This document shows, piece by piece, positions 39,722 to 51,621 of a stretch of DNA of 64,000 nt. The notes under the pieces are model-generated. The model made no database searches, had not been told where the DNA came from, and was given only the letters and a program-made list of their open reading frames with translations. The stretch's first letter is position 1. Every line of letters begins with the position of its first letter. Source of the DNA: Takakia lepidozioides (Eukaryota; Plantae; Bryophyta); contig CM060732.1 of the NCBI GenBank assembly GCA_030704615.1, forward strand, positions 71,486,001 to 71,550,000. The letters run 5' to 3'. Position numbers and translations under genes: made by a program.

Positions 39722-40406
39722 ATGGCGTTCATTTCAGCTACTTTGGCTTCCACACTGCAGGTGCTTGTACAGGATGGCAGGGACATTTTGGAATCCCAGC
39801 ACCCGACAAAGGTGGGGACACACACTTTTGTTGCAAGCATAGTTTTCGCGCCTGCGATGGCCAAAGAGGTCGGCCTTGAAGACATTATAGTTATGCAGAA
39901 GGGGAATGCCCCGAAGACATATGGCATTCAGTACATCACCATGGGCATCCCTCTTCCCATCTGGAATGTGGTGGCTACTGCAGCTGAGGACAGTGGCTTC
40001 AACGTAGATACGACAAAGAGGGCACGAATATCAGGGGAGCATGTCTGGATGGAGGTGAACACTCCAGAGGGAGAGAATAGGTTTGGGGTTGTAGAGGCAG
40101 ATGACTCCAATGTCCTACAGAAGGTACCAGTTTTCAATTTGAGGAAGTGCCTTCATTGTGCTAGGAGTAGCCTGCTCTTGAAGGGCACATTCACCCTGCA
40201 CCTAAAGAAGCAGTTTCATGCCGCAAAACCACTGGAAAACTGTGCCTTGGTCCCTCGACATCACCCCCACTGAAGCTTTCCTCATGGACAAGACAGACAT
40301 TGGGTTGGAGGAGGTGACTGAGAATCTGGCTGCCCTAAGGGTGAGTCCAGCCCTGTCTGTGTTGCTGAAGGTCGGGAGTGGAAGTTCTTCAAAGATAGGG
40401 GAATGA
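39722..40406 (+). pseudogene. Intronless ORF of unknown function (~225 codons with one probable frameshift)
   Basis: MAFISATLAS...KTYGIQYITMGIPLPIWNVV...HVWMEVN...FGVVE, continuing in another frame as WKTVPWSLDITPTEAFLMD. Globular-looking composition. Confidence 0.45.
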
Positions 40407-42299
40407 TTGTTCATGATACAGTAATGATGGGTTCAGGTAGAATGTGGATTTGTCTTCGACTGAGGTGGGATGATACAATGGGGTACAATGACAATTTGTC
40501 CCGGTCTTGTTTCATGTTCTGTTTTGATTCTATTTGAATATGAGAATCGATTTTGTTCCATGTCTGTGTTTTTTGGGCTTTGCCAGTTGGCTGCTTCAGT
40601 GTGAGCAGTGCTGTGCTAAAGTGTTTTCAGTCCTTACTTGTTTGCAGTGCTTCAGTGCTTTGACAGATTGCAAATTCTCCCCTGGACTGTTTGCACTACC
40701 TCCACAGACTGTGAATGTTGTCATTGGATGTATCCTCATAATGCAGGAGAAGTCAGCACTGGCTCAAGAGTAATGAACCCACAGTATTATAGCAAATGTC
40801 GTATTTTTATAGTCCATCTTGAAAGCTGGCCATCATAACATAATTGGAATGAGGCATGTTGTGCCAGAGGTTGGTGTTGTAAACAGCTCGAGCATATAAG
40901 GTAAGCCCAAAATCTATGTCACATAGGTAGGACAGTGGATGCAGGATATTAGTCGTTTGGTAATGTGCAGGAGTTGGAGGGAAGGCAGTCCCTTACAGAC
41001 CAGTTACACAAGTATTGCTCATACACGTGTTCATGTTGAGGTAAGGATCTTCATTCAGCTGTCTTCCACACAATACATAGTGTCACCTCATTTGCGCAAT
41101 GTGAAAACGATTGGTGCATTTGAAAGCAGTCACAGTTGAAACAGAAATGAAACCAGTGTTGCAAAACTGAATATATACTGGAGACTGATACTTGCATTCC
41201 TGGTATGAGGAAACCACTGAGGTTCAACAAAACAAAGTGTGTGACACAACTCATTGTCATATCATATGCCATGAGGCTAAAGGCAAAATCTTGTAGCCGA
41301 ATGAAAAATGAATAGAGCAGACATACTACCATATTATAAAGGTCAATGTTCTTGGATTGTCACCTTTCAAAAATAATAATGCTAAGTAAATATAAGCTGC
41401 CGTCACTTCAAGGGTACATGAGAAGTTCTTAGAGCGATAACAACAGCCATTAAGTGAAGGAGGGCAGCACAAAAGGCACTGCAGAGGCATGAGCAACTTT
41501 GCAATATTGTATTGCACCATATATAAGAGGACAATTCCCTGAAAAAACCATTCAAATACCCGGGGATGCAAGCACATAAGGTGACAACGGACTTCCCAGG
41601 GTTGAATCCCGGTTTGAACACCATTGGAGGTCACACCTGCCATCATTGTGCCTGCACACAGGAATGGAAACAGTGCAACTCACTATGAACAGAAATCCAA
41701 ATCACTGTTTCGGAAGAATGTCACACCCTTTAGTGCAGCACCTGGACACCTTCAGCTTGTGTACAATCTCTTCTTGGGCGTGCTATGTGTGGGCAAGGGT
41801 GGGCGTTTCCTGCTGTGCCCATTCGTCTCCAAAAAGTCTTTGAAGCGGACGAGAGACTTCCCCTTGCCATCATCGACAACAGTCATAACTGGTTCGTCGC
41901 GAGGGTATTGAGCACCCTCCTCCCTCATGGCAGTCAAGTCAAGAATCTTTCCCTTTGCAGCTCTGACCAAGGCAAGGAGATGTTGCTGGAGGTACTCACA
42001 GGACTGAGCTGTCGGTTGGAGAATGGTTTGCCATTCACTGGAAATCAGGGCCTGCAGGTTGTGAAATGGACTTTTCTGAGACAAAGAAGGGGACCTCTGA
42101 ATTGGGGGAGTTTGCGAAGAGGAAGGGATGGAAGTCGGGGATTGAGAACCTCCCACCAAATTTTGAGAAGACCATTGAGGAAATTTAATCAAGTTGGAAT
42201 GATGATTATGACAAGTTGCTTCAATTGTGCTTAAAACGATATAACAAGTGTATCACATGAAGCTGATGACATTTTCAAGTGCATTTCTTTTGAAATTTA

Positions 42300-43000
42300 T
42301 AAAATTATGAAAGTCATGACCACAAAGAATACCAAGGAAATGGTCAATTTAATTATTCATGTTTGAAGACAATTGGATCTTTTGGATGGATATAAGGCCA
42401 ATATTGCCCCAATGATAGTGAATAATTTAAAAACCAATTGATCTAGTATCTAAGAGCATCCTTGATTATGATGTTGTTGAACGTGATGGACTACATATCA
42501 TAAATCAGCCAAAAAAGTTGAAAGCTGATTTTTTTCAATAGACTTTCATTATGAGACTTTTTCCAAGAGTTTCATGTTTCTTTTTACAAATGGTATTTCA
42601 AGTTGGGAAATTGAGAACCAATATAATTTGGACAATTATAAAGATTCAATGGGAGGTTAAGATTTTGATGGACTATCCAAGTCTATTGGATGCACAATAG
42701 GTAAAGCAACCACATCCATTGATTAGACAATTGAAGAAAGAGCTTCGTTGATTTTATGTATGTGGCACCTTTCAAATTCTATATAATAAGAACAAAAGGT
42801 TCATATTTTTGGATTAGCTATGATGATACAATCAACGAATGGTGATGCGGTCTTTTTTGGAAACAATTGGAGTCATAGCCTACCAGATCATAACATTGCA
42901 TGGGAGTTCATCTCAACATTTAAGATGAAGCTTGGTGCTAAACATTCACTCGATACTATATCCCTAATTCTTCTAGGAGATAATCCAATTTTTTTTTTTT
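42300..43000 (+). pseudogene. Old hAT transposase relic (DUF659-like region)
   Basis: AT-rich, with fragments FTNGIS, SIGCTI, FVDFMY and YQIIT in the order expected for plant hAT transposases. Many stops and shifts. Confidence 0.4.
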
Positions 43001-43140
43001 GGTAGAGAGTCCAGACTGAAGATTTTTTTTTTAACTGTCTTTTTTGTCTTACCATTGCAGGAATCATGGCGGACAATCGACACAATATTTTGCTTTTGGT
43101 AGCTCTAGTTGAAGCGCCCCTAGGGGCATTCTTAGTTTGG

Positions 43141-43225
43141 GCAGTGAGGGAGACAGTGAGGGAGACAGTGAGGGAGAGTAGGGCATTCAAGAGGGAGGCG
43201 GTGAGGGAGAGTAGGGCGTTCAGGC
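43141..43225 (+). repeat. Short tandem repeat (GTGAGGGAGACA and variants)
   Basis: GTGAGGGAGA occurs four times, the first three at 12-bp spacing. Confidence 0.85.
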
Positions 43226-44560
43226 ATTCGACACTTGTCTGTGATCAGCAAGGCTTGCAAAGTGTAAGGTGTAGGTTAATAATTTGGCAACGATGGAGCT
43301 TAAGAATTTGGGATCCTAGAAGAAGCGTGTTATTGAGTGTAAGAACTTTAAGTTGTGCTTAATATATAAGCATAAGATAACATATGCCATTGTGCAAGTT
43401 TTAATTATTCAGTAGTTTCCTATCAAATGTCGAAATTTGAGGAGATGACAAGAGTCTTTCTCCATTATTGTCAATTAAATTGACATGGGTCCGGTCATCC
43501 ATTTGTTTCAGAAAATCTCCAAATGGACAAGGGAACAAAGCTCCACATGTAAGAGTGGTGGGCGAGGCTATGGAGCACTACTGTCAGTGGACATGTATGT
43601 TGTATTGTGATTGTGTTTTGATGTTAAGAAATTGTATGGATGTTAGTTTGCAGTTTCAACTGTGATTTGGAATTATTCATTTTAAAGTTCTGATCTATGT
43701 GATTTAAGCCTGTTACATTTACCCCACCTCCAAGATTTTTGCAAGTTGCATTTGGTCCGGTTGTGCCCTCCGGGTGCACTGGCTATCTTTTTGGCTTTCA
43801 CGATTCCATGGTCACGATGTCGAAAGGGATAATCTCCAGTGACTCCTAGTCTAACATGGAAGGGTGCATTGCAAGTCATGCAGACATCGGATACTCTGGT
43901 GGCCCAATGACTGATCACCATGGTAAGTCTTCATGAGATCTACCTCTACTATAATGGGCTCTCGGGAAATATCACTTCAAGTACATATCATGCACCCTAG
44001 GCCTTCCAAATCATGCATTGTCAGGTAGATGTAGCTTTGACAACTTTCGAATGGGTTACAGACAGGAGACCACCATACTCGAACTACCTGTGAACTTGGC
44101 GCCCCCCCAAGAAATCCAAATAGCATCCAATTGAATTTAGAAACGAAATTTTCATCTCTTTCTATCTACCTGCAATGGTTTTTGGGCAGTGATCCTAGTA
44201 CTTTTTAGAACCACGAGGATTGTACAACATGTACTCGGAAAGTCTAGTCAACTTCCCCACTGGATGGTCAGTGAGTACGTTCTCTTGGCTCTTCGCTAAC
44301 TATCAAGATTGTTGGGAAGGAGATTTTTTCAAGTTCTACGAGGTGGGCACCTGGGTATTCATGTATACAGTTTGTACGTGTACATACGACACTGAATCTT
44401 TCTTTCATCTACAGATTTGGAAGCCTTGGGAGACTCCAAAACATTTCTATTATCTGGCTGCACTTCAATTTTTCATGGGTTTCATACCTCCGACATTGAT
44501 AAATGCCCCAAAACTCTTTGAGATTCTCTTGTACAACAATTTGCTTTCTTGCAGTGAAGT

Positions 44561-45287
44561 TGTCGCGGCCCTTTGCCTTGAGGGCAGGGGGTCGGGACAC
44601 ATGAGGGGCTGCCCCTGTGGTGGGGGCAGTGACAGCGATAGGTATGGGGGGCTGAAGCACCCTTGAGTGCCCAAGGCACTCAGGGAAGCGGAGGCGCTCA
44701 CTAAGTGGAGCCCCGCACACCGGGTTGCGGTGGGGGTGGCTCCACAAGGGTGGTGGTAGCTTAGCGGGACTTAGTGGGGTGGCATAGGACTCACCATGGG
44801 GGCGGAGACCTCGTGGTGGGAGTCGTGGGGAGTCTTGGGACTCATCACGGTCCATAGGGGCCGTGGTGAGTGGGCCAAGACTCACCGCGACTCATCACCG
44901 GGAGTCGAGGGTTTTCGTGGTGGTTCGCCATAAAATGGCATGGCTGGTTGTGAAACCCCCGCAGACAGCTACAGAAGTATATATAAGGGGAGTAGTAACC
45001 CCGAGAACGGTGCAAGCCCGTTGGTGACCAAAAACTAGTGAGTAAGCGAGCGAGCCGGAAAGCGACCAAAGAGTGGGGAGCTGTTCCGGACCGCCAACTA
45101 CCAAAGGGAATTCCCGCTGGTTCCAAATCGGTGGAGGGTTCTTTGGGAGTTCAAAGGGGGACCGTTATGCCCCGGTGAGCAGCCGGAGCTCCAAGTTGGC
45201 CCGGCGGCCAGGTTGGGAGTCAGGCGCGCGCATCAAAGCGAGTAACTATGACTTGAGGGGGAGCTTACCGAAGTGAGGTGCGCGACA
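44561..45287 (+). repeat. 5' LTR (727 bp)
   Basis: TGTCGCG...CGCGACA termini; near-identical to 50789-51513; TATATAA at ~44979. Confidence 0.97.
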
Positions 45288-45289
45288 CT

Positions 45290-45301
45290 TGGTATCAGAG
45301 C
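45290..45301 (+). promoter_or_regulatory. Primer-binding site (tRNA-iMet)
   Basis: TGGTATCAGAGC, 2 nt after the 5' LTR. Confidence 0.95.
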
Positions 45302-45342
45302 TTAGAGTTCAGTACGCGATCATCCTTGGGATTGGCCTCATC

Positions 45343-46229
45343 ATGGGGTCGGGCAAGCCGAAGCGAAAGCGGAACGGCCCAAAAGATGATGATCCTGGTG
45401 AGCCCGATGGGGGCGACGTGTCACCGAGGCGGCCGTTTGAGGAAGCAATGCATGTTTCCGAAAACGAGGCCCCTCAAGAGCGGGAGGAATCCGAGGAGTC
45501 GGAGCCCGAGGAATCCTTGAGAGCTCCGACAAACCAAGAGATGCCTCCCATGCCGACAGCCTTTTGGGAAGGGTTGTTGGCGCAGTTTGGCGGGACGTGT
45601 TGAAGGCGGCTAATGTCACTTCCACTAAGGCAAAGTTTAAGGTGAAGCCTAAGGAACCCGACACCTTCGAGGGCGTCCGAAATTGGAAGGCACTCAACAC
45701 CTGGCTCTTGGAGCTAGAGCAGTACTTTCGGGCGGCCAAGTTGAGTGACGAGGATCGGGTGGAAGTGGCTCTCACCTATTTGAGGGGCTATGCTCAACAA
45801 TGGTGGCAGAAACGCCTTCACGACCGAGGTCCAAGCCCGGAAACCTTGAACTGGAGTGGGTTCAAGGAATTGATGAATAGACAGTTTGTGCCCCTCAACG
45901 CGTCCTGGCTTGCCCGGGACAAGATGAGGGATTTGAAGCAAACAGATGACATTCGCGGGTATGTCCAAGCTTTCAATGTGTTGTTGCTCGAAGTCACGGA
46001 CATGGCAGAACCAGAAATGGTCTTCAACTTTGTGGCGGGACTGGCCCCATGGGCCAGGCGGAAGTTGGAGGAGAAGCCACCCAAGACTTTGAACGAGGCA
46101 ATTGAGAGGGCTGAATGTTTCTCGGATGTCCCTAAGGGTGAGAGACAAGGCCGTACGGAGCTGAACCAGAAGAAGACCCGACGGGAAGGTGACTCCTTCC
46201 GACCGGAAAAGAAGTGGGATAGGCCACGC
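45343..46229 (+). pseudogene. gag: gag (one frameshift near 45590; ends at the inversion breakpoint)
   Basis: KPKEPDTFEG...WLLELEQYF...YLRGYAQQWW...LKQTDDIRGYVQAF...FVAGL retrotransposon gag motifs. Confidence 0.92.
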
Positions 46230-47255
46230 GATGTACCCCTTTGACATTAGATCCTTGAGCTGAGTCTTCAGCTCGACCAACTCCCTGTGGCTCAACCGGT
46301 AGGGTGCCTTGGCAGACGGTTCCGATCCCGATATCACCTCAATCTTGTGGTCAACTCCTCTTTGTGGTGGCAAGCCGCTTGGTAAATCCTCCGGCATCAC
46401 ATCCTGGTATTTCTCCAAAATCCCTTTGATCCAATCTGGGCTCGGCTCCCCATCGCCTTCTCCCTTCACTTCTTTAATGTAAAGCAAAAACTGGGGCTCG
46501 TGTGCCTCCTCCACGGCCCACTCCCTTGTTGACAGAAGGTTTATTCGCCCTCCCACGGATTTGGGCGTTTCCGACACTCGTAAGTCCTCGCCACCATTCC
46601 CACATGGCAGCGTGACTACTCTCTTGCGGCCATCTATGACCGCTCCGGATTTGCTCAAAAAGGTCATCCCCAAAATGAGATCCACTCCATCGATCTCGCA
46701 GATGGTGAAGTTCTCACGTCCCTCCCAACTCCCCAGTTGAAGAGGAACATCAAACGCCAACCTTGTCGCCAACTGTGGTTCTCCTTTGGCAGAACGCACC
46801 TCAATAGAGGCCCCCACGTCACTTGTCGGGAGTCCCAACTTTCGCGCCGCCGCCGGCGTCATGAAGGAGTGCGACGCTCTTGTGTCCACCAACAACGACA
46901 CGTTAGTTCCGGATATTATCCCATCCACGAACAATAACTGACTCCCTTTACGCAGGGTGCCAGTTTCCTGATACAACTCACAAGAATAGTTGCCTACCTT
47001 GCAAGTCCTGGCGACCACTGCTTCCACCAAGTGACTGATGGTATCTTCCGACAGCTCCGTGGTTGCCCGAGTCATGTTCAATTGTCGAGGTTTCGTGCAC
47101 TTCTTGGCCATGTGCCCGGGCTCCCCGCAATTGAAACACACTCCATCAAAGGTCGCCTTCTGTCCGCCATAAGCCACTCCACCCGCTTTTCCTTTCGAAG
47201 CACCGGGTGCCGCCTTGACGTGTGAAGGCCCTCCCTTCGATTTCCATGTGCCATT
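46230..47255 (-). pseudogene. Inverted internal block: gag zinc knuckle, aspartic protease and RT N-terminus
   Basis: Open minus frame NGTWKSK...CFNCGEPGHMAKKC...LLVDTRASHSF...LILGMTFL...GLPPQRGVDHKIE...PYRLS...LKDLMSKGYI, opposite in strand to the flanking gag and RT. Confidence 0.95.
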
Positions 47256-47256
47256 G

Positions 47257-49886
47257 CCGAGTAAGTCACCTTACGGAGCCCCGGTGCTATTCGCAGACAA
47301 GAAGGATGGGACACTGCGGATGTGTGTCGATTACAGGGCTTTGAATAAGGTGACTATTAAAAACCGGTACCCTTTGCCAAGGATCGACGACCTTTTCGAC
47401 CGGTTGGCAGGAGCGAAGTATTTCAGCCGGATCGACTTGCGCTCCGGCTATCATCAAATTCGGGTGGCGGAAGGAGATGAGGAGAAGACCGTGTGCAGGA
47501 CAAGGTATGGTTCATATGAGTTCTTGGTGATGCTTTTTGGGCTCACCAATGCACCTGCAACCTTTAACACGCTGATGAACAACCTTTTTCAGGAGTGGTT
47601 GGATGACTTTGTGATCGTGTACATCGACGACATCTTGGTGTACTCGAAAACAAAGGAGGAGCACCTGGAGCACCTCAAAAGGGTGTTCCAAAAGTTGCGG
47701 GAAGGGAAGCTGTACGCCAAAGCTTCAAAGTGCGAATTCGGGGTCATGAAAGTGGAGTTCTTGGGGCATGTGATTATATAGGATGGGATCAAAATGGATG
47801 ACAGAAAGGTGAGGGCGATCTTGGACTGGGAGCCTCCGACTTCGGTCCCGGGAGTGCGATCCTTCCTAGGACTCGCCTCCTATTACCGGAAGTATGTGAG
47901 AAATTTCGCCAAGATCGCGGGGCCGCTGTCGGACCTTCTGTGTAAATCCAAAGTCTGGGTATGGAACACATTTTGTGGCCAAGCTTTTGCTGAATTGAAG
48001 CAGCGGATGGCGGAAGCTCCAGTCTTGAAAATCCCGGAGTTCGATCGTCCATTTGAGATTCATACAGATGCGTCGGACTTCGCGATTGGGGGTGTACTTA
48101 TGCAAGATGGACGTCCAGTGGCTTACGAAAGTAAGAAACTGAATAAAGTGGAGCGACGGTGGCCGACACACGAGAAAGAGATGAAGGCGGTGGTGCATTG
48201 CCTTGAGCTTTGGCGCCACTATGTTGGTTCCAACCCAATGAAGGTGTTCACGGACAATGTCACTGTGAAGTATTTTGCCACGCAACCCAAGTTGTCCCCA
48301 AAACAACTTAGGTGGCAAGATACTTTGGTGGTGTTTGACGTGGATATCCAGTACAAACCGGGACGGGACAATGTGGTGGCCGATGCGTTAAGTAGGAAGC
48401 AGCAGCTCATGCTGGTATACAGGGGCGAGACGACACTTCAAATGAAGATCCGGAAGGCTTGCCGGAAGGATGAGCTGGCGAACTCCGTGATGCAGGACTT
48501 GAGGATGGGGGTTAAATCGCAGTTCCACTTGCAAAATGGACTGCTCCGGTATAAGCAAAAGCGTCTCTACGTGCCGAAGGGAGGGATCAGAGATAGTCTC
48601 TTGAGAGAATGCCATGATAGCCCGCTTGCGGGCCACGGCGGAGCCAAGCGCATCGCGGCACTCTTGAAGAAAGAGTATTTCTGGCCCAAACTAAGGAATG
48701 AGGCAGAGGAGTATGTCAAGACATGCACCACATGCCAACAAAACCGGAGCGAGTACAAAAAGCAAGCGGGGCTGTTACAACCCTTGCCGATTCCAGAGGG
48801 GACTTGGGAAAGTGTCTTGATGGATTTCATGACTGCTATGCCACTGTCAAAAGGATTCGATGCAATCATGGTGGTGGTGGAGAGGTTCAGTAAAATGGGC
48901 CATTTCATCCCCACTAAGGAGACAGCAACTTCGCAGGAGACATGACGACTTTACTTCACCCACGTCTTAAAGCATCATGGAGTCCCGAAGGATATTGTCT
49001 CGGACCGCGATCCAAAGTTTACGAGTAAATTTTGGAGGACACTTTGGAAGAAGATGGGGACGAGGCTGAAGATGAGCACCGCCTTCCGACCTACAACCGA
49101 CGGCCAAACGGAAAGAGTGAATTCCGTAGTGAAGCAGATCTTGCGGAATTACGTGTCGGCAGACCAATCAGACTGGGTGGAACACTTAGACGCGGTAGAG
49201 TTCTGTTATAATAACATAGAACACTCCGCAACGGGAGTTCCCCCTTTCGTATTGGTCTATGGAAAAGCACCTCTGGTGCCAACAAGTTGGGCCGCCCAGG
49301 ACGTTGAGGAACCGGCAGTAGCGGCGGTACTGGAAGTACGCGAGCGTTTGTTGAAGCTCGCAAAGTACAACATTGCCAAAGCTAGGAAACGGTATGAAAG
49401 GCAGGCGAATCGGAAGTGGAGGGAAGTGAAGTTTGAGGCAGGCACAGATGTCTGGTTGAACATCAAGAATTTCCGACTACCTCCGGAAGTGAGTCCGAAG
49501 TTCGTACCTCCATATGCAGGACCCTTTCGCATTCGGAAGGTTATGAATGAGGATGTGTATGAATTGGAGCTGCCGGCAAACAGCAAGGTGCACCCAGTAT
49601 TCCATGTCTCCATTTTGAAGCCTTACTTCAAAGATGAAGCGCGTCCGAATCGGCATCAAGTGTTGCGTCCGCCACCTATGCTGTTGGATCATGAAAATGA
49701 ACCTGAGTACGAGGTAGAGACAGTACTTAAGTCGAGGAGGTTCAAGAACGAGAAACGTATTATCTCGTCAAATGGAAGGGCTATCATCATGTGGAGGCAT
49801 CTTGGGTGCGTGCCTCAGAAATGGGAAACGCATCCGAGGCGGTTGCAGCGTTCGAAGGGCGACCTCAAAAGCGGAAGAAGCGTTGA
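47257..49886 (+). pseudogene. pol: pol remainder: RT, RNase H, integrase, chromodomain
   Basis: [12 protein letters not shown]...[10 protein letters not shown]; HTDASDFAIG; H-H-C-C zinc motif; SDRD...TDGQTER; AGPF; YEVETVL, then after a frameshift YLVKWKGY...ASW. Stops at 47779-47781 and 48943-48945, frameshift near 49755. Confidence 0.96.
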
Positions 49887-50788
49887 TGGGGACATCAACC
49901 TTGGAGCGTGGGGGAGGAAATGCATGCTTAGCCCGGCTTAGCTAGCTCAGGAATCCGATTGCAAAAACTTGTATTGTACAAAATTTGCTTTAAATGAAAT
50001 GTTTCAAAATGTTGTGCTTCCTATTTTGTTTGGAATGGTGATGCATGGTATGGTTGGCTAGTGTGTAGAATGCATGCTAGCTTACAAAAGTGGGAGAGGT
50101 AAATTGGGTTAATCGTGTGTTTGCTGAGTGCCGAAATCGGGTGACTCCCATCCAAGGGGCAAGGAAACTTGCACCTTCTTTGGGAGTTCACGTGCTAGTG
50201 CGCACCTGGCGCATGCACGTACTATAACTGCGCTACCGAGGGGTTGCCTTGTAGTGCGGGCTAACGTGAAAGCTACGTGCTTCCGTTCACGTACTATAAT
50301 CGTGTAGCCTCGGGACGAAGTCGTAGTGCGGCTTCGGTCTGTTCCCGTACCTCAGGCCAGCATTCCAAGGCGGACCCAATTGTAGTGATTGGGGCGCACG
50401 GTTGGTTCAAGGTTATCTTCCTAGTCAAAGAGGGTTCGAGGTGAACCCTTGCTCAAGGTGATGCCAAAAGCGGCATCATGAGCGGTCGCAAGCAATGTTG
50501 TTGCAGTAAGGCGATTCGATCCTCGGGGAGGATCGTTCCTTGGCCTTGAAGTAGGCCAAGAAGAGTGCACTGGGAGGAGCTGGAGAGGCTCCACCCTTGG
50601 CCGGGACTTGGAGGAAGTCGGCCGAACTAGCTAGTGGAGAGTAGAGTCAAGTGTGGGGTTTGGTTCTTTGCCATGGGACGCCATGGTGCGGAAACAAACT
50701 CCTTGATGTGGGACGCCACAACTTGGATGTTCGTTTCTACAAAATGGACAAGTCGATGATGACATCGACTCCCTGTTGGTAGGGTGTG

Positions 50789-51513
50789 TGTCGCGGCCCT
50801 TTGCCTTGAGGGCAGGGGGTCGGGACACATGAGGGGCTGCCCCTGTGGTGGGGGCAGTGACAGCGATAGGTATGGGGGGCTGAAGCACCCTTGAGTGCCC
50901 AAGGCACTCAGGGAAGCGGAGGCGCTCACTAAGTGGAGCCCCGCACACCGGGTTGCGGTGGGGGTGGCTCCACAAGGGGTGGTGGTAGCTTAGCGGGACT
51001 TAGTGGGGGTGGCATAGGACTCACCATGGGGGCGGAGACCTCGTGGTGGGAGTCGTGGGGAGTCTTGGACTCATCACGGTCCATAGGGCCGTGGTGAGTG
51101 GGCCAAGACTCACCGCGACTCATCACCGGGAGTCGAGGGTTTTCGTGGTGGTTCGCCATAAAATGGCATGGCTGGTTGTGAAACCCCCGCGGACAGCTAC
51201 AGAAGTATATATAAGGGGAGTAGTAACCCCGAGAACGGTGCAAGCCCATTGGTGACCAAAAACTAGTGAGTAAGCGAGCGAGCCGGAAGCGACCAAGAGT
51301 GGGGAGCTGTTCCGGACCGCCAACTAACAAAGGGAATTCCCGCTGGTTCCAAATCGGTGGAGGGTTCTTTGGGAGTTCAAAGGGGGACCGTTATGCCCCG
51401 GTGAGCAGCCGGAGCTCCAAGTTGGCCCGGCGGCCAGGTTGGGAGTCAGGCGCGTGCATCAAAGCGAGTAACTATGACTTGAGGGGGAGCTTACCGAAGT
51501 GAGGTGCGCGACA
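50789..51513 (+). repeat. 3' LTR (725 bp), preceded by a short G-rich PPT (GGTAGGGTGTG, 50778-50788)
   Basis: Direct repeat of 44561-45287. Confidence 0.97.
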
Positions 51514-51621
51514 GAAGTTGTTTTGCTATGCTATGTGGCAAGACCGAAGTTCCTTTGTTTCCGGCGTGCACGATGTGCAAACTTTCAGTATGTGAACCGT
51601 GTTACTCGTCGGATCACGAGA

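Larger units (their letters stand above)
44561..51513 (+). mobile_element. Full-length Ty3/gypsy chromovirus LTR retrotransposon, young, with an internal inversion
   Basis: TSD GAAGT (44556-44560 and 51514-51518), TG...CA LTRs, PBS, and gag, CCHC knuckle, PR, RT, RNase H, integrase and chromodomain. Confidence 0.98.

Noticed and set aside
44561-45287. Hammerhead ribozyme (retrozyme) in the LTR
   Set aside because: No CUGANGA...GAAA core seen on the plus strand of the LTR.
45714-47177. 487-aa minus-strand ORF as a real antisense gene
   Set aside because: Chimera: the inverted knuckle-PR-RT block reads on into antisense gag beyond the 46230 breakpoint.
46228-47257. Programmed, reversible invertible switch
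   Set aside because: Only 2 bp of microhomology, no recombinase sites or gene, and re-inversion leaves RT 2 nt out of frame.
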